Source: Octopus vulgaris (taxonomy: Eukaryota). From it: a DNA stretch of 64,000 bases. This document shows, one piece after another, positions 37,079 through 49,335 of this stretch. The stretch lies in contig OX597818.1 in NCBI GenBank assembly GCA_951406725.2, positions 115,568,001-115,632,000 of the forward strand, given 5' to 3'. The notes under the pieces were generated by a model. That model did no database searches. It worked only from the letters and a program-made list of their open reading frames with translations, and had not been told where the DNA came from. Numbering within the stretch: position 1 is the first letter of the stretch; every line of letters starts with the position of its first letter. The position numbers and the translations under genes were made by a program.

Positions 37079-39182
37079 CCAGGATGAAATATTGCAGTCA
37101 AGAAATATTTAACAACACACTTATATTAAGTATGAGACATTGACAATGTTAGTATTGCATAGCTGGTTGAATATTCCATTCAATATTCCATGTTCTCTTA
37201 ACATTACTGTCCAAATCAATAGTGCATGTGATAAGGTACAGTCCATTAGACAGACATCTACACAGCAGGAGTGAATTCAGAATCTTGTGAGTGGAGACTT
37301 AACTACTTGTAGGCACAGGTGCAGCTGCATAGAAAAGAAGCTTGCTTTGCTAGCTTGTGTTTTGAGTTCAGTCCCACAGTGCAGCATATTGGGCAAATGT
37401 CTTTTACTGTAGTCTTAGTCTAACCAAAGCTTTATGACCTGGAATTCAGGCCTCAAAAACATGCCCCAGCACATCTGGGGTGGTGGCACCATCGTAGGCA
37501 TGCCTCACATGCATCCGCTTTGGTCATCTGTTTACACTCCTGGCACTATTCGCCAGTGCATGCGCGTATCGCCACCACGTTGGCTGCCCTACCCTGTCTT
37601 TGCCCATTTAGTTTCATTTTCCAGTGGCGAAGAGGGCGTCAGTGCTCTAGCATCTGATCTGTTTGGATTGGGAAATTGTTATTATTATTATTATCATCAT
37701 TATCATCATCACCATCATCATTATTATTATTAGTGCGTTTTTTAAGTGTAGGCATGGTTGTGTGGTTAAGGATTTCATTTTGTAATCCTGTGATTTCTGG
37801 TTCAATTCAATAATGTGGCACTTTAGGCAAGCATCTTTTACTATTACCCTAGGCTAGCCAATGCCTTATAAGAGAATCTGATAGATTGAAATTGCAATAA
37901 GCCTGTCATGCATGCATACATGTATGTATATGAGTCTATATATACATACGTCTACATCTGCTCACTCATGTCACCCAAGCTGCTAGAAACAACAGCAAAT
38001 CTCCATCAAATGACATTGAAGGAAAAACCTGGAATTAATAAATACTATTGTACACACACAACACTGCAATAAGATAGGAAAGTCTTCAATGGTTGGAAAG
38101 TCTTCAATTATAAATTAGCTCAGTAATGGTTCATTTGGGGCTAAACAACAACACAGACCTAATTTTTTAATTATTTCTTTATTGCCCACAAGGGGCTAAA
38201 CATAGAGGGGACAAATAAGGACAGACAAAGGGATTAAATCAATTACATAGACCCCACTGCATAACTGGTACTTAATTTATTGACCCCGAAAGGATGAAAG
38301 GCAAAGTCGACCTCAGCAGAATTTGAACTCAGAACGTAACGACAGATGAAATACCGCTAAGCATTTCACCCAGCGTGTTAACAATTCTGCCAGCTCGCGA
38401 TACCTTATCCCACAAAAAAAAAAAAAATAGAGAGTTCTCACACCTATCTGCCAGGCCATGAAATTTGTGTTAAGTAGCAGCCCTTAAAAGCCAGTCAAAG
38501 CTCAAAGGGCATACTTATATTTTATACTACAACAGTAGGGAGAAGGGATTATAAGACAAAAGTTCCCAAATCCTAAATCCCAAACACAGATATGATTAAC
38601 TTTAGAACTAATCCCTTTTCTCCCCACCTTTTTTTTTTTCTCTTTTTGCATTAAGCAAACTCCACACTAAACATTATTTAAAGATCACCATTCACTCTAG
38701 AAGTTATAATTAAATGGGAATGAAATTAAATCAAAAAAAATCTGCATAATAATAATATTATCTGCAACTTAATTATCTCTAATCCAGAGAAACAAGAGAA
38801 ATACATTTTACATTTTTTCCTTTTTTTTTCTTTTTTTTTTTGTTGTTATAATTCATATTTTGAACAGAAATCAATATTAGATGTGAGAAAGCAATATTAA
38901 ACTGCTTTTAGTTTTCCTTTTTGTTTTGTTTTTTTTTTCCTTTTATCCTTGTTGGCCTTGATCTGGCCAGATCTGACTGGCCTGGTGCAGCCTTCGGGCT
39001 TCCCAGACCCCAGTTGAACCGTCCAACCCATGCTAGCATGGAAAGCAGACGTTAAACGATGATGATGATGATGATGATCCTGGTTTTAGCTATTGAACAC
39101 AGGTCATACTGGAGCACCAGAACACCATCTGTAACAGGTTCTTGTTGATAAACTCAACCCTCTATATGGTTAACTCCTGAAT

Positions 39183-39216
<34 letters not shown>

Positions 39217-39691
39217 TTTTTTATCAAGCGAATACAACCCTGGGCAAGTGTATGCAAGTGATGGTCAATCTGAACGCCTGTTGACATCATTGGGAAAAAT
39301 AAAGGATTCCAGTAAAGAGCTGATCTAAAGAAGAAGGGTTTAGTAGGGGTTTTAGGGAAGGCATGTAGCTTACTAGTAAGGGTACTTGGTTTGTTGACTC
39401 CTGACAGTGAACCGTGCCCTTGAACAAGACACTTGGTTTCACACTGCTTCAGTTCGATCAGCTGGCAAAAACTGAATGGCACCTGTAATTCTAAGGAGCA
39501 GACTTATCACATTATGTCATGCTGAATCTCCCTTAGAACTATGTTAGGGGTATGTGTGTCTGAGGTGAGCTCAGCCACTTGCATGTTAATTTCATGAGCA
39601 AGTTGCTCTGTTGATCAGATCAACTAGAACCCACGTTGTCATAACCAACAGAGTGCCACTTAGTAGGGGATTTGGAAAGTGAAACACAGTA

Positions 39692-40109
39692 TTCTTTTAT
39701 TCTTTTAGTTGTTTCAGTCATTTGACTGTGGCCATGCTGGATCACCGCCTTTAGTCGAGCAAATCGACCCCAGGACTTATTCTTTGTAAGCCTAGCACTT
39801 ATTTTACTGGTCTCTCTTGCCGAACCGCTAAGTTACGGGGACGTTAACACACCAGCATCAGTTGTCAAGCAATGTTGTGGCGACAAACACAGACACACAA
39901 ACATACACATATATACATATATACATACATACATACATATATATATGTGACGAGCTTCTTTCAGTTTCCGTCTACCAAATCCACTCACAAGGCTTTGGTC
40001 AGCCCAAGGCTATAGTAGAAGACACTTGCCCATGGTGCCATGCAGTAGGACTGAACCCAGAACCATGTGGTTGGGAAGCAAGCTACTTACCACACAGCCA
40101 CTCCTGCAC
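39692..40109 (-). mobile_element. SINE family A, full length
   Basis: Reverse-orientation full copy. Confidence 0.9.
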
Positions 40110-40129
40110 TGTGTGGTAAGTAGCTTGAG

Positions 40130-41790
40130 CAGGAGATAATGAAGAAAAGAAGTTTGGTAGAGAGATAGGGTTTTCTAGTGATATTGAAGAGGCATGCATC
40201 TAGCAAATTCAGAGAAACAGGCATCATTGTGCCAGTAATAGAAGAGATGAGATGAAATGAAGCAATGGCAGGATTATAGTATGTTCATGTATGAATTTCT
40301 GCCAATCATTCAAAAGACCTTCTTTTAAACGTAGTCTAAAATGGCTGTGAAGAATAGCAACACTAACCACAACATGTGAGGAGTAATATAATGCAGTCAA
40401 AAACACCATACCTTAACCGTTTTGTGACCATATTTCTGTGGAGATGCTCTGTGTTTCTTTCAATTAATTTTATATATAACAAAGAATTTAGTAAAATAAC
40501 TTAGTTATCATTCAGCTAGCATTAGGAACATCAATTGTGATTAAGGTTTGATGGAAGATTTTAATTCAGAACTTATGAAAACAAGACATTTTTACTACAG
40601 AGCCAGAGGCAGTTTTAGCTAGGTTGGTATCAAAAGGGTTAAGAATTGTCTGGTTGAGCGGCAGAATTGTTACCATACCATGCAAAATATTTTGTAGCAT
40701 TTTGTCTGTCTGTACATTTTGAATTCAAGCACCACCAAGGTTGATTTTGCCTTTCAGGATCAATAAAATAAGTACTAGTTAAATACTGGGGTCGAAGTAA
40801 TTGACTTATTCCCTCCCACAAAATTGTTGGCCTTGTGTCAAAATTTGAACTCAATTATTATCTGCTGGTCAAGGAGAAGTCTAACACTTGAAACAATAAT
40901 ATATATGAAAGATGGCAGCCACAAGAGTTCATTAGAGGTTATGAAAATCATTGCAACTTGAAGGGTTTTAGAGAGAGTGAGTTACAAGACTGTTTGTTTC
41001 ATATATGTAGTGATTGTATCCTAAAGCTGTATCAGAACTCTAAAGAGGTTTCCAAGATATCTGTTCATGCAGGCACTGTCAGTGAAGCATGTAGAGAATG
41101 GTTAGTTAAAGACAAGTAAGAGATGGTATCATCTGCCCATGAATAAGCATTGATACAAGAGACAGCAAGAAGATCATTAACCCATTCATGCTGAAATTTT
41201 TCTAGTGAATGAAATTGCTTGAAAATTCACAGATTCTATTATTTTGACCCAAATAACTAATGGAAAGAAATTTCATTGAAAACCGTTTGATACAGACTAC
41301 ATATGCATTAAGAACCTGCTTCATTCTTTTATACAGATCATACACAAATCACAATTTGTATCAAGTATTTGTTTAATACCCTTATAAATTAAGTGTCAGT
41401 TAAAACGGACAAGTGGCTTCAATGGGTTAATGTACAGAAGGAACTATGTAGAGGATGCCATTAAACCTTGGGAGTAGACTAAGAATGATAGAGAGAACAA
41501 GACAGGAACCCTGTCAGGAAATGCTAGAATGGACTAGTCTGGAAAGAAACTTCCAGTCCAAAAAATGAGAAATAAATGGAACCAACAGAGAGAGAAGTTG
41601 GCAAAACATTTTTGAAGCTAGATATAGTCAAAAGATGTCAAGAGTAACAGCACTGTTTATTTCCAAGTTGCTTTGAGCAAAACACCACTGGTTTGTGATA
41701 TGAAAGGAAGACAAATGTCTGGTAGATTTGGCTTTAATGAAAACAGTAGTGGTGGTCATTGAGGTAGGAGAGAGATTTGAAGTGATGAAG
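40130..41790 (-). pseudogene. Degenerate LINE reverse-transcriptase remnant interrupted by MITEs and a SINE
   Basis: Removing the 41177-41430 MITE at its TTAA restores minus-strand FLLYINDLLAVSCINAYSWADDT, which matches the RT LFxLYINDL...YADD motifs. Outer limits are approximate. Confidence 0.6.
41177..41430. mobile_element. TTAA-flanked piggyBac-like MITE (third family)
   Basis: TTAA-CCCATT...AATGGG-TTAA. Excising it restores the LINE RT frame, which confirms the TSD. Confidence 0.75.
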
Positions 41791-42040
41791 GAGGTGGTTG
41801 CTTGCAACCAACTACAACACGTTTATAAGCTGAAACATAAATGTAGACAAACAAATTAACTGTGACAGAGACAGATGGACATTTTAGGAAGAAAAAAACA
41901 AACATTGACAGACAACCAAACAGTAAAAGACAAATATGAGTCAACAGATAATAATGAATAGAAAGACAAAGACAGACAAGATGCTACAATTAAACAAATC
42001 AATATATACATACATACATACATACATATGTATATATATA

Positions 42041-42205
42041 GGTGCATGAGTGGCTGTGTGGTAAGTAGCTTGTTTACCAACCACATGGTTCCGGGTTCAG
42101 TACCACTGCATGGCACCTTGGGCAAGTGTCTTCCACTATGGCCTCGGGCTGACCAAAGCCTTGTGAGTGGATTTGGTAGACGGAAACTGAAAGAAGCCCG
42201 TCGTA

Positions 42206-42236
<31 letters not shown>

Positions 42237-42451
42237 GCGTGTGTGTGTTTGTGTGTCTGTGTTTGTCCCCCTAGCATTGCTTGACAACCCATGCTGGTGT
42301 GTTTATGTCCCCGTTACTTAGTGGTTTGGCAAAAGAGACCGATGGAATAAGTACTGGGCTTTACAAAAGAATAATTCCCGGGGCCGAGTTGCTCGATTAA
42401 AGGCGGTGCTCCAGCATGGCCGCAGTCAAATGACTGAAACAAGTAAAAGAG
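42041..42451 (+). mobile_element. SINE family A, full length
   Basis: Full head, body and tail, with an internal (TA)n tract. Confidence 0.9.
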
Positions 42452-42469
<18 letters not shown>

Positions 42470-42482
<13 letters not shown>

Positions 42483-43152
42483 TAGAAAAAAAACACTGAA
42501 CAATTACATTACACCATCTAAAAAATTACATATAATAGAAATAGTAAAACTAAAATAACAATAATATACCGATGATTAAGTAAATTGCAAAAACAATACT
42601 AAAAACGTATATAATTGGTTGTACATATATACGTTTTTATTATTTTTTGGCAATTTACTTAATCATCGGTATATTATTGTAATTTTAATTTCAATATTTC
42701 TATTATATGTAATTTTCTAGATGGTGTAATTTAATTATTCATTTTGAATTGATAAAAGGTGTTTTTTTCTAATTTTTATATATATATATATATATTATAT
42801 TGTGTGAAATTTGATTTAGTATTTCTAAATTGAATTTTTCCCTGTAAGTTAGGATTAATATTCCCTCAAATAACTATTATTATTATATATATATATATAT
42901 ATAAGATATAAACTCAAATTAGGCAATCATACTCACAGAGCTACAAATTCAACTTAAAATGCATATACATACATTAATGTGTATCAACACATATTTTTTT
43001 AAATATTTATAAAATATAAATATACATAAAAATACATGTAAATAAAACCCATGTGGGATACATATGGAAGGAAGTGTGAGAAAAATATATACCCATTTTA
43101 ATTAGACTATATAACTGTATGAGTATGATTGCCTAATTTGAGTTTATATCTT
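42470..43152. repeat. Two adjacent AT-rich inverted repeats embedded in (TA)n
   Basis: Arms ~42470-42613 / 42626-42782 with a 12-nt loop, and arms ~42903-42967 / 43088-43152. Confidence 0.85.
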
Positions 43153-45125
43153 AATTCTTATCTTTTGTCTCCGGTTTCACCTGAGCACTTCTCAAGTAGT
43201 TCTATATTTTTCATAAGCAAAAGCAATAATGTTATATATGTACCTGCATACTTGAAGATCTACGTCGTGCGGAAACAAATGTAGTGATTAAAAGATAAAT
43301 GTCCAACCATATCCCTTGTAGTTCATTCCAATTTTTTCAATTATCTATTCACACACGACAGAAGCGCAGATGCAAACCTGGAAGTAAGTATAATACGACT
43401 ACCGGAGAGCAAAGGGTGAAATCTGAAGGTGGACAAGCTTTATATTGTAATCTACTACATTCTTAACAGAATATACCGTAACTTACACATACATATATAT
43501 ACATACATGTATACATGCATACATATCATTTAAATATATATGAGCATGTCTAGATATGTAACTATATGCATGAGAATACATACATTAAACATACAAATCT
43601 GCACATACATACATACATGCATACATAGATACATGCATACATATATAAATATACATATATACATGCATATATATATACATACATATATAAATATACATAT
43701 ATACATGCATATATATATACATACATATATACATACATCATCATCATCATGTATATATATATATGATATATATGTATGCATATATGTGCATATATATATA
43801 GATATTTATATATATATACATACATCGTGTCATCATTTAACGTGTTTAATGATGATATGTGTGTGTGATGATATATATACTGATCTGTTTAACCATTTAT
43901 AACAGTGGAACTTGACGTCCGGAAAGTTATAAAAAAACAGTGTGTGTGTGTGTATACACACATGCATGCTATGCATATTTCAAATAAAACTGATCCAATA
44001 AACTTAATTAAATAAATTTAATTAAATAATATATTTCTTTTTTTTTTTTCCTGTTTGCCTTGCACTGATGTCGGTATATCTGTCTCTGTTACCTCATCCG
44101 ATTCTTCCCAACTGTTAACAGCTGCAGCTCTGAACGTTAGGAAGAGGAAACATGCACTACGCACAGAGTGCAGCGTGCCTAGTGTGGTATATAATAAAGT
44201 ATAATGCATGTGTAATGTAATGTAGTGCATCGGTATTTGCACTTGGATCTACAGCTGCCACGAAGTCTCTTTCCTCTTCCTCTTCCTCCCCCTCCGCTGC
44301 ACACTGAATGAAGGCTAATAATAGTATCAACAGAGCCGCTACACAAGAATATTTTAAATAAATCTTGTTTCTCTTAGTAGTGGAAAGAAAATCAATAACA
44401 GAAGTATATAAATAGACCGGATAGTTATAGCAGTATAAATATATATATATCGTGACAGAGAGAGAGAGAGAGAAGGAGAACAATGTCTGAGGCAGAGCAA
44501 CACAGACTCAGATTTGTAAATGCATAGACAGACGCTGCTTGAAAAGACAGGACTTCGTCTGGTTTAGAGTATTTTAATAAATAGAAGGCAGACAATGCTT
44601 GTCAGTCATTGAGCTGTATGTTCTAACGAATAAAGGAACCACATTTTGGTTCAGTGATTGTTTTGTTTGTTCTTTTGGTGGAGGAGGGGTATTTTAAAGT
44701 TAATATTTAATCAATAAATAAAATGGATGACATGCATCAATCATCACGATGCTCGTTCAACTCAGTCACAGATGAAGAAATTATGAAAATATCAACAACA
44801 AAAACAACCTGTTCTGTTCCATAAAATGGATGTTTTTTGTTCTGTTATGAAACTGAGGAGAGAATTGAGAATGCAAGACTAGAAGTTCAATAAAAACTAA
44901 ATATTGAAAATTCACTCTTGCTTTGTTTTGTTTTTTTTGTTTTTGTTTTTTTAATTATATCAAAATTAGGATTTTTCTCTGACATAGCCAGAGAAAGACT
45001 GGTTGGTCTCCAAGACTGGTTGGAAGATGGAAGATTGAATCCTTTTATTCTTTTGATGGTTTCAGTCATAGGATGGCAGCCATGCTGGAGTACCAGCTTC
45101 ATAGTTTATCAGTTTTATTGTCACT

Positions 45126-45846
45126 TTAACCTTTTCGTTATCAACCCAGCTGAAACCATCTCTAGCTCTGTAGTACAAAATATCTTGTTTTCATAAGTTT
45201 TGAATTAAAATCTTCAAACCTTAGTAACAATTTATGTTCCTAACATTAGCTTAATGATAATGAAGTCATTTTACTAAATTCTTTCTTATATTTAAAATTA
45301 ATTAAAAGAAAACAGAGCATCTCAAAAGAAATATGGTCACAAAAGGGTTAAAATATATAATAGAGAAACAATTCTTAACCCTTTCGATACCAACCTGGCT
45401 GAAACCACCTGTGGCTCTGTAGTACAAATATCTTGTTTTCATAAGTTTTGAATTAAAATCTTCCACCAAACCTTAGTCACAATTTATGTTCCTAACACTA
45501 GCGTAATGATAACTAAGTTATTTTACTAAATTCTTTGCTATATTTAAAATTAATTGGAAGAAACACAGAGCATCTCAACAGAAATATGGTCACAAAAGGG
45601 TTAAAATATATAATAGAGAAACCCTTTCGATACCAACCTGGCTGAAACCACCTGTGGCTCTGTAGTACAAATATCTTGTTTTCATAAGTTTTAAATTAAA
45701 ATCTTCCACAAACCTTAGTAACAATTTATGTTCCTAACATTAGCTTAATGATAACTAAGTTATTTTACTAAATTCTTTCTTATATTTAAAATTAATTAAA
45801 AGAAACACAGAGCATCTCAACAGAAATACAGTAATGAAAGGGCTAA
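45126..45846. mobile_element. Tandem trimer of family E MITE
   Basis: Units at 45126-45351, 45375-45604 and ~45621-45846, joined by AATATATAATAGAGAA(ACAATTC). Confidence 0.9.
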
Positions 45847-46769
45847 GGCTGGAAGTAGGTCTATGATTGAGTTTGTAGCTGCTGGTCATTCCTGATTGTA
45901 ACCCTGAATGGTAGCTCCAGTATCAGCGTTAGGAGTTTATCCCTTTTTTGTTTATTTTTTTGCATGTTTCAGTAGAGGTCCCTTTTACATTTCTGATTTC
46001 TTTAAGCAGGTAGCTGAACAGTTGAAGACCTTTAAATATCAAACAGATTGGTACAATAGAGTGTTTCTGGACTCAATTACAGACATCCCAAACTGTTGTA
46101 GGTTGTGTTAGACTGGATGAAATATTAAGGATTCCAAACAGACCTGGTGAAATATTCCCAAGTTCTTTTAAAGTAAATGATGCCAGCCTTTTTCGCAGTG
46201 CAACCAATATGAAGTGAAGTGTCCTATCGAAGACCAACACAATCTTTTTGACAAGTTATCACCTGTCTTTTACCTTTTACTTGTTTCAATCATTAGACTA
46301 CGGCCATGAATTTTTAGTCTAATGAATCAGCCCCAGAACTTGGAGCCTTTTAAAACCTGATACTTATTCTATCAATCTCTTTTGCTAAACTACTAAGTTA
46401 CAGGGATGTTGACAAACTAACACCAGTTGTCAATCAGTGGTGGAGGACAAACAAAGGCACACTTACAGACATACATACAATTACACACAAATATATATAT
46501 ACACACACATACACACACACACACGACAGGCTTCTTTCAGTTTCCGTCTACCAAATCCACTCGCAAGGCTTTGGTCAGCCCAAGGCTATAGTAGAAGACA
46601 CTTGCCCAAAGTGCCACACCCAGAGCCATGTGGTTGGGAAGCATACAGCCACTTACCACACTGCAACAGCAAAACAGCTTAGAACAAATTTTGAAATGGT
46701 TCTGTTGTACCATATCAGAGCACAGCATCCAAGATTCATCCCCTGGCACTGAATGTTGACTGAAGGTTT

Positions 46770-47275
46770 ATAATAATAATGAAATTACTGTATACAGTGC
46801 TCAGGTGCACCACAACTTGTCAAAAGTGTGTATAAAGCATATGCAGTAATGTACAAGTGTCTGGGAAGTGGACAATGTATGAGTCAGACACATGGGTGTA
46901 TAGAGGAGAGAAAATCAGGTGTAGTGTTGGCGAATCTCAGGAAGCATGGAAGTTTTGAAGGATGCAGTGCTCCGACAACTAACAACTGATGCTGGCAGTT
47001 TGTTCTATGCTTCAGCAACTCTTAGCGTGAAAAAATGTTTCTGAAAGTCATGGAAGGAGCTGTGCTGTTTTCTGACTTTGTAAACATGTCCACGGGTGTT
47101 AGAGAGATGGAGTGTGAAAAGGTGCTCAGAGTTATTGTTAGTAAAATGGTTAATAATTTTATGGGTGTCTGCCAAGTCAGCTGCCAGATGTCGGAGTTTC
47201 ACTGTCTCCATACCCAGGGAAGTAAGGCATTCAGTAAAGCGTTCAGGGAAGTAAGGCGTTTGTATTACTACACCT
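46770..47275 (-). mobile_element. CR1-clade LINE 3' fragment
   Basis: ORF 47005-47211 reads ...LAADLADTHKIINHF...SNTRGHVYKVRKQHSSFHDFQKHFFTLRVAEA*NKLP, followed by a 3' UTR and (TAT)n tail. Confidence 0.8.
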
Positions 47276-47973
47276 AATCTATATGGAATGTTAAAAATTT
47301 TTCACATAAAATTCAAAAATAAATCTAAAAGACTCATAATTCTTTTCTATTGTAGGCACAAGGCCCAAAATCTTTTTTTGGGGGAGTGGGGTCATTCAAT
47401 TAGATCAACCCCAGAATGCAACTGGTACTTAATTTATCGACCTCGAAAGGATGAAAGACAACTTCGACCTTGACAGAATTTGAAAAAGATTAGTAATAAT
47501 TATAAAACGGCATTATTATGTATAACTTTCCCAGGACCTGCAGCTGTAGAATTTTCCCCTCCATTACCCACTTTCACCTGACAATAAAATAACTGCAGCC
47601 CTCTTCGTATATGTTCCAAAATACTGCATAGGTTGGAATGACAAAAAAAAAAATTTGAAAAATAAAAATAAAAGGTACCGCATATTTGTCACTTGTTGAT
47701 GTATGAGTTTCAAATGTCACATCTGTCGTACAGTGAGACCAGGGTTCCACTTGACATTTAACACTTTTGTTAGCAAGACTGTTACCAATCAGCAAGTGCC
47801 AGCTGCAAAGAGCAAAAGCAGTGGGGGGTAGAGGGGGGGATTGCAGCCAAGAAACACTTTGTAAACTACACAGCATTATCAACATGTACCAGTGTGTGAT
47901 GGGCAGCAATTACAAGAAGGCAGCAGAAATCAAACCAAGAATATACCTCACAAGTTTCATCATCGTTACCGTA

Positions 47974-48517
47974 GGCGTAGGAGTGGCTGTGTGGTAAGTA
48001 GCTTGCTTACCAATCATATGGTTCCAGGTTCAGTCCCACTGCGTGGCACCTTGGGCAAGTGTCTTCTACTATAGCGTCGGGCCGACCAAAGCCTTGTGAG
48101 TGGATTTGGTAGACAGAAACTGAAAGAATCCCATCGTATATATCATCATCATCATCGTTTAACATCTGTTTTCCATGCAAGCATGGGTTGGACGGTTTGA
48201 CCGGGGTGTGGGAAGCCAGGAGGATGCACCAGGCTCCAGTCTGATCTGGCAGTGTTTCTACAGCTGGATGCCCTTCCTAACGCCAACCACTCCATGAGTG
48301 TAGTGGGTGCTTTGTATTTGTTTGTGTGTCTGTGTTTGTCTCCCCAACATCGCCTGACAACTGATGTTGGTGTGTTTACATCCCCATAACTAGGTGGTTT
48401 GGCAAAAGAGGCTGATAGAATAAGTACTAGACTTACAAAGAATAAGTCCTGAGGTCGATTTGCTTGACTAAAGGCAGTGCTCCAGCATGGCCACAGTCAA
48501 ATGACTGAAACAAGTAA
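47974..48517 (+). mobile_element. SINE family A with a family C fragment inserted at its microsatellite
   Basis: Family A halves flank a reverse-orientation C fragment at ~48143-48312. Confidence 0.85.
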
Positions 48518-48875
48518 TTCCCATTAGGCTAACACAACATATTCATCATTACAATCAGCAATAACCTCCACCACCAACCAGCTAACGAGAGGGTCATTAT
48601 GGCTTCCCAAAAGCTGCTAGAAAGAGCTGTCAAATCACCTCAAGTCAATGCTTGCTTTTTACCGTAAATCTCAAGATTACACTGGATATTGCAATTCAAG
48701 ATGCAAAGGAGGATAGGACGGTAATTGATGGAACACCTTGGATCAAGGGTCAGCTCAACAGCATCAACCTTGACCCTATAAATCTATTTCTGCAATGACA
48801 TCATTGCCACCATAGTCAAAAGGTTTCCAGCATTTAGTTTACCTTTACTTCCTAATTGCAAGGAGCAATAGACCC

Positions 48876-49099
48876 TATTTACATTATTTACATTTGACGG
48901 ATATTTGTCCTCATCTTGTTTGTTGTTAACAATGTTTTGACTGATATACCCTGCAGCCTTCATCAAGTGTCTTGGGGAAATTTCGAAACTGGGTTCTCAT
49001 ACCTAAGGTATTTTTCAATGTTATTATTATTGTTATTATTATTCAGGTCACTGCCTGGAATAGAACTCAAAATCTTGGGGTTAGTAGCCCACACTCTTA
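48876..49099 (-). mobile_element. Family H copy (hammerhead degenerate)
   Basis: Partial tRNA head and (AAT)n linker; the core reads TTGATGA...AAAAC instead of CTGATGA...GAAAC. Confidence 0.8.
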
Positions 49100-49335
49100 T
49101 CCGTCCAGAAACACTCCCCAAACTTTCCCATTACTTATAAACCCTCTTGCTTTTCTCACTCCAACACCTCTGACCATCAAAGCTTTCCTCACTCCATCCA
49201 TCTACACAAACCGAGGTCTGCATCTGGTTCTGCTACATACCACTTCTGCCTTTATCGCTCTCCTTACCATCTGCTCCTCATCCATCCTCTCCATATGGCC
49301 AAACCATCTCAACATTCGTCTATCCATTTTGGTTG
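49100..49335 (-). pseudogene. RTE-clade LINE ORF C-terminal remnant
   Basis: Minus strand KMDRRMLRWFGHMERMDEEQMVRRAIKAEV...RPRFV*MDGVRKAL contains the RTE LRWFGHxxRM motif. Confidence 0.75.

Noticed and set aside
37540-37650. HDV-like ribozyme on the minus strand (GCCCTCTTCG...GGCGAATAGTGC)
   Set aside because: I could not form P3 or P1 pairings; GCACT/AGTGC is explained by a local hairpin.
43243-43286. Hammerhead-like CTTGAAGA...GAAAC
   Set aside because: The core has an extra base and stem II does not pair convincingly.
44221-44256. miR-92-like TATTTGCACTTG
   Set aside because: The seed differs (TTTGCAC vs ATTGCAC), the 3' half does not match, and there is no pre-miRNA-length hairpin.
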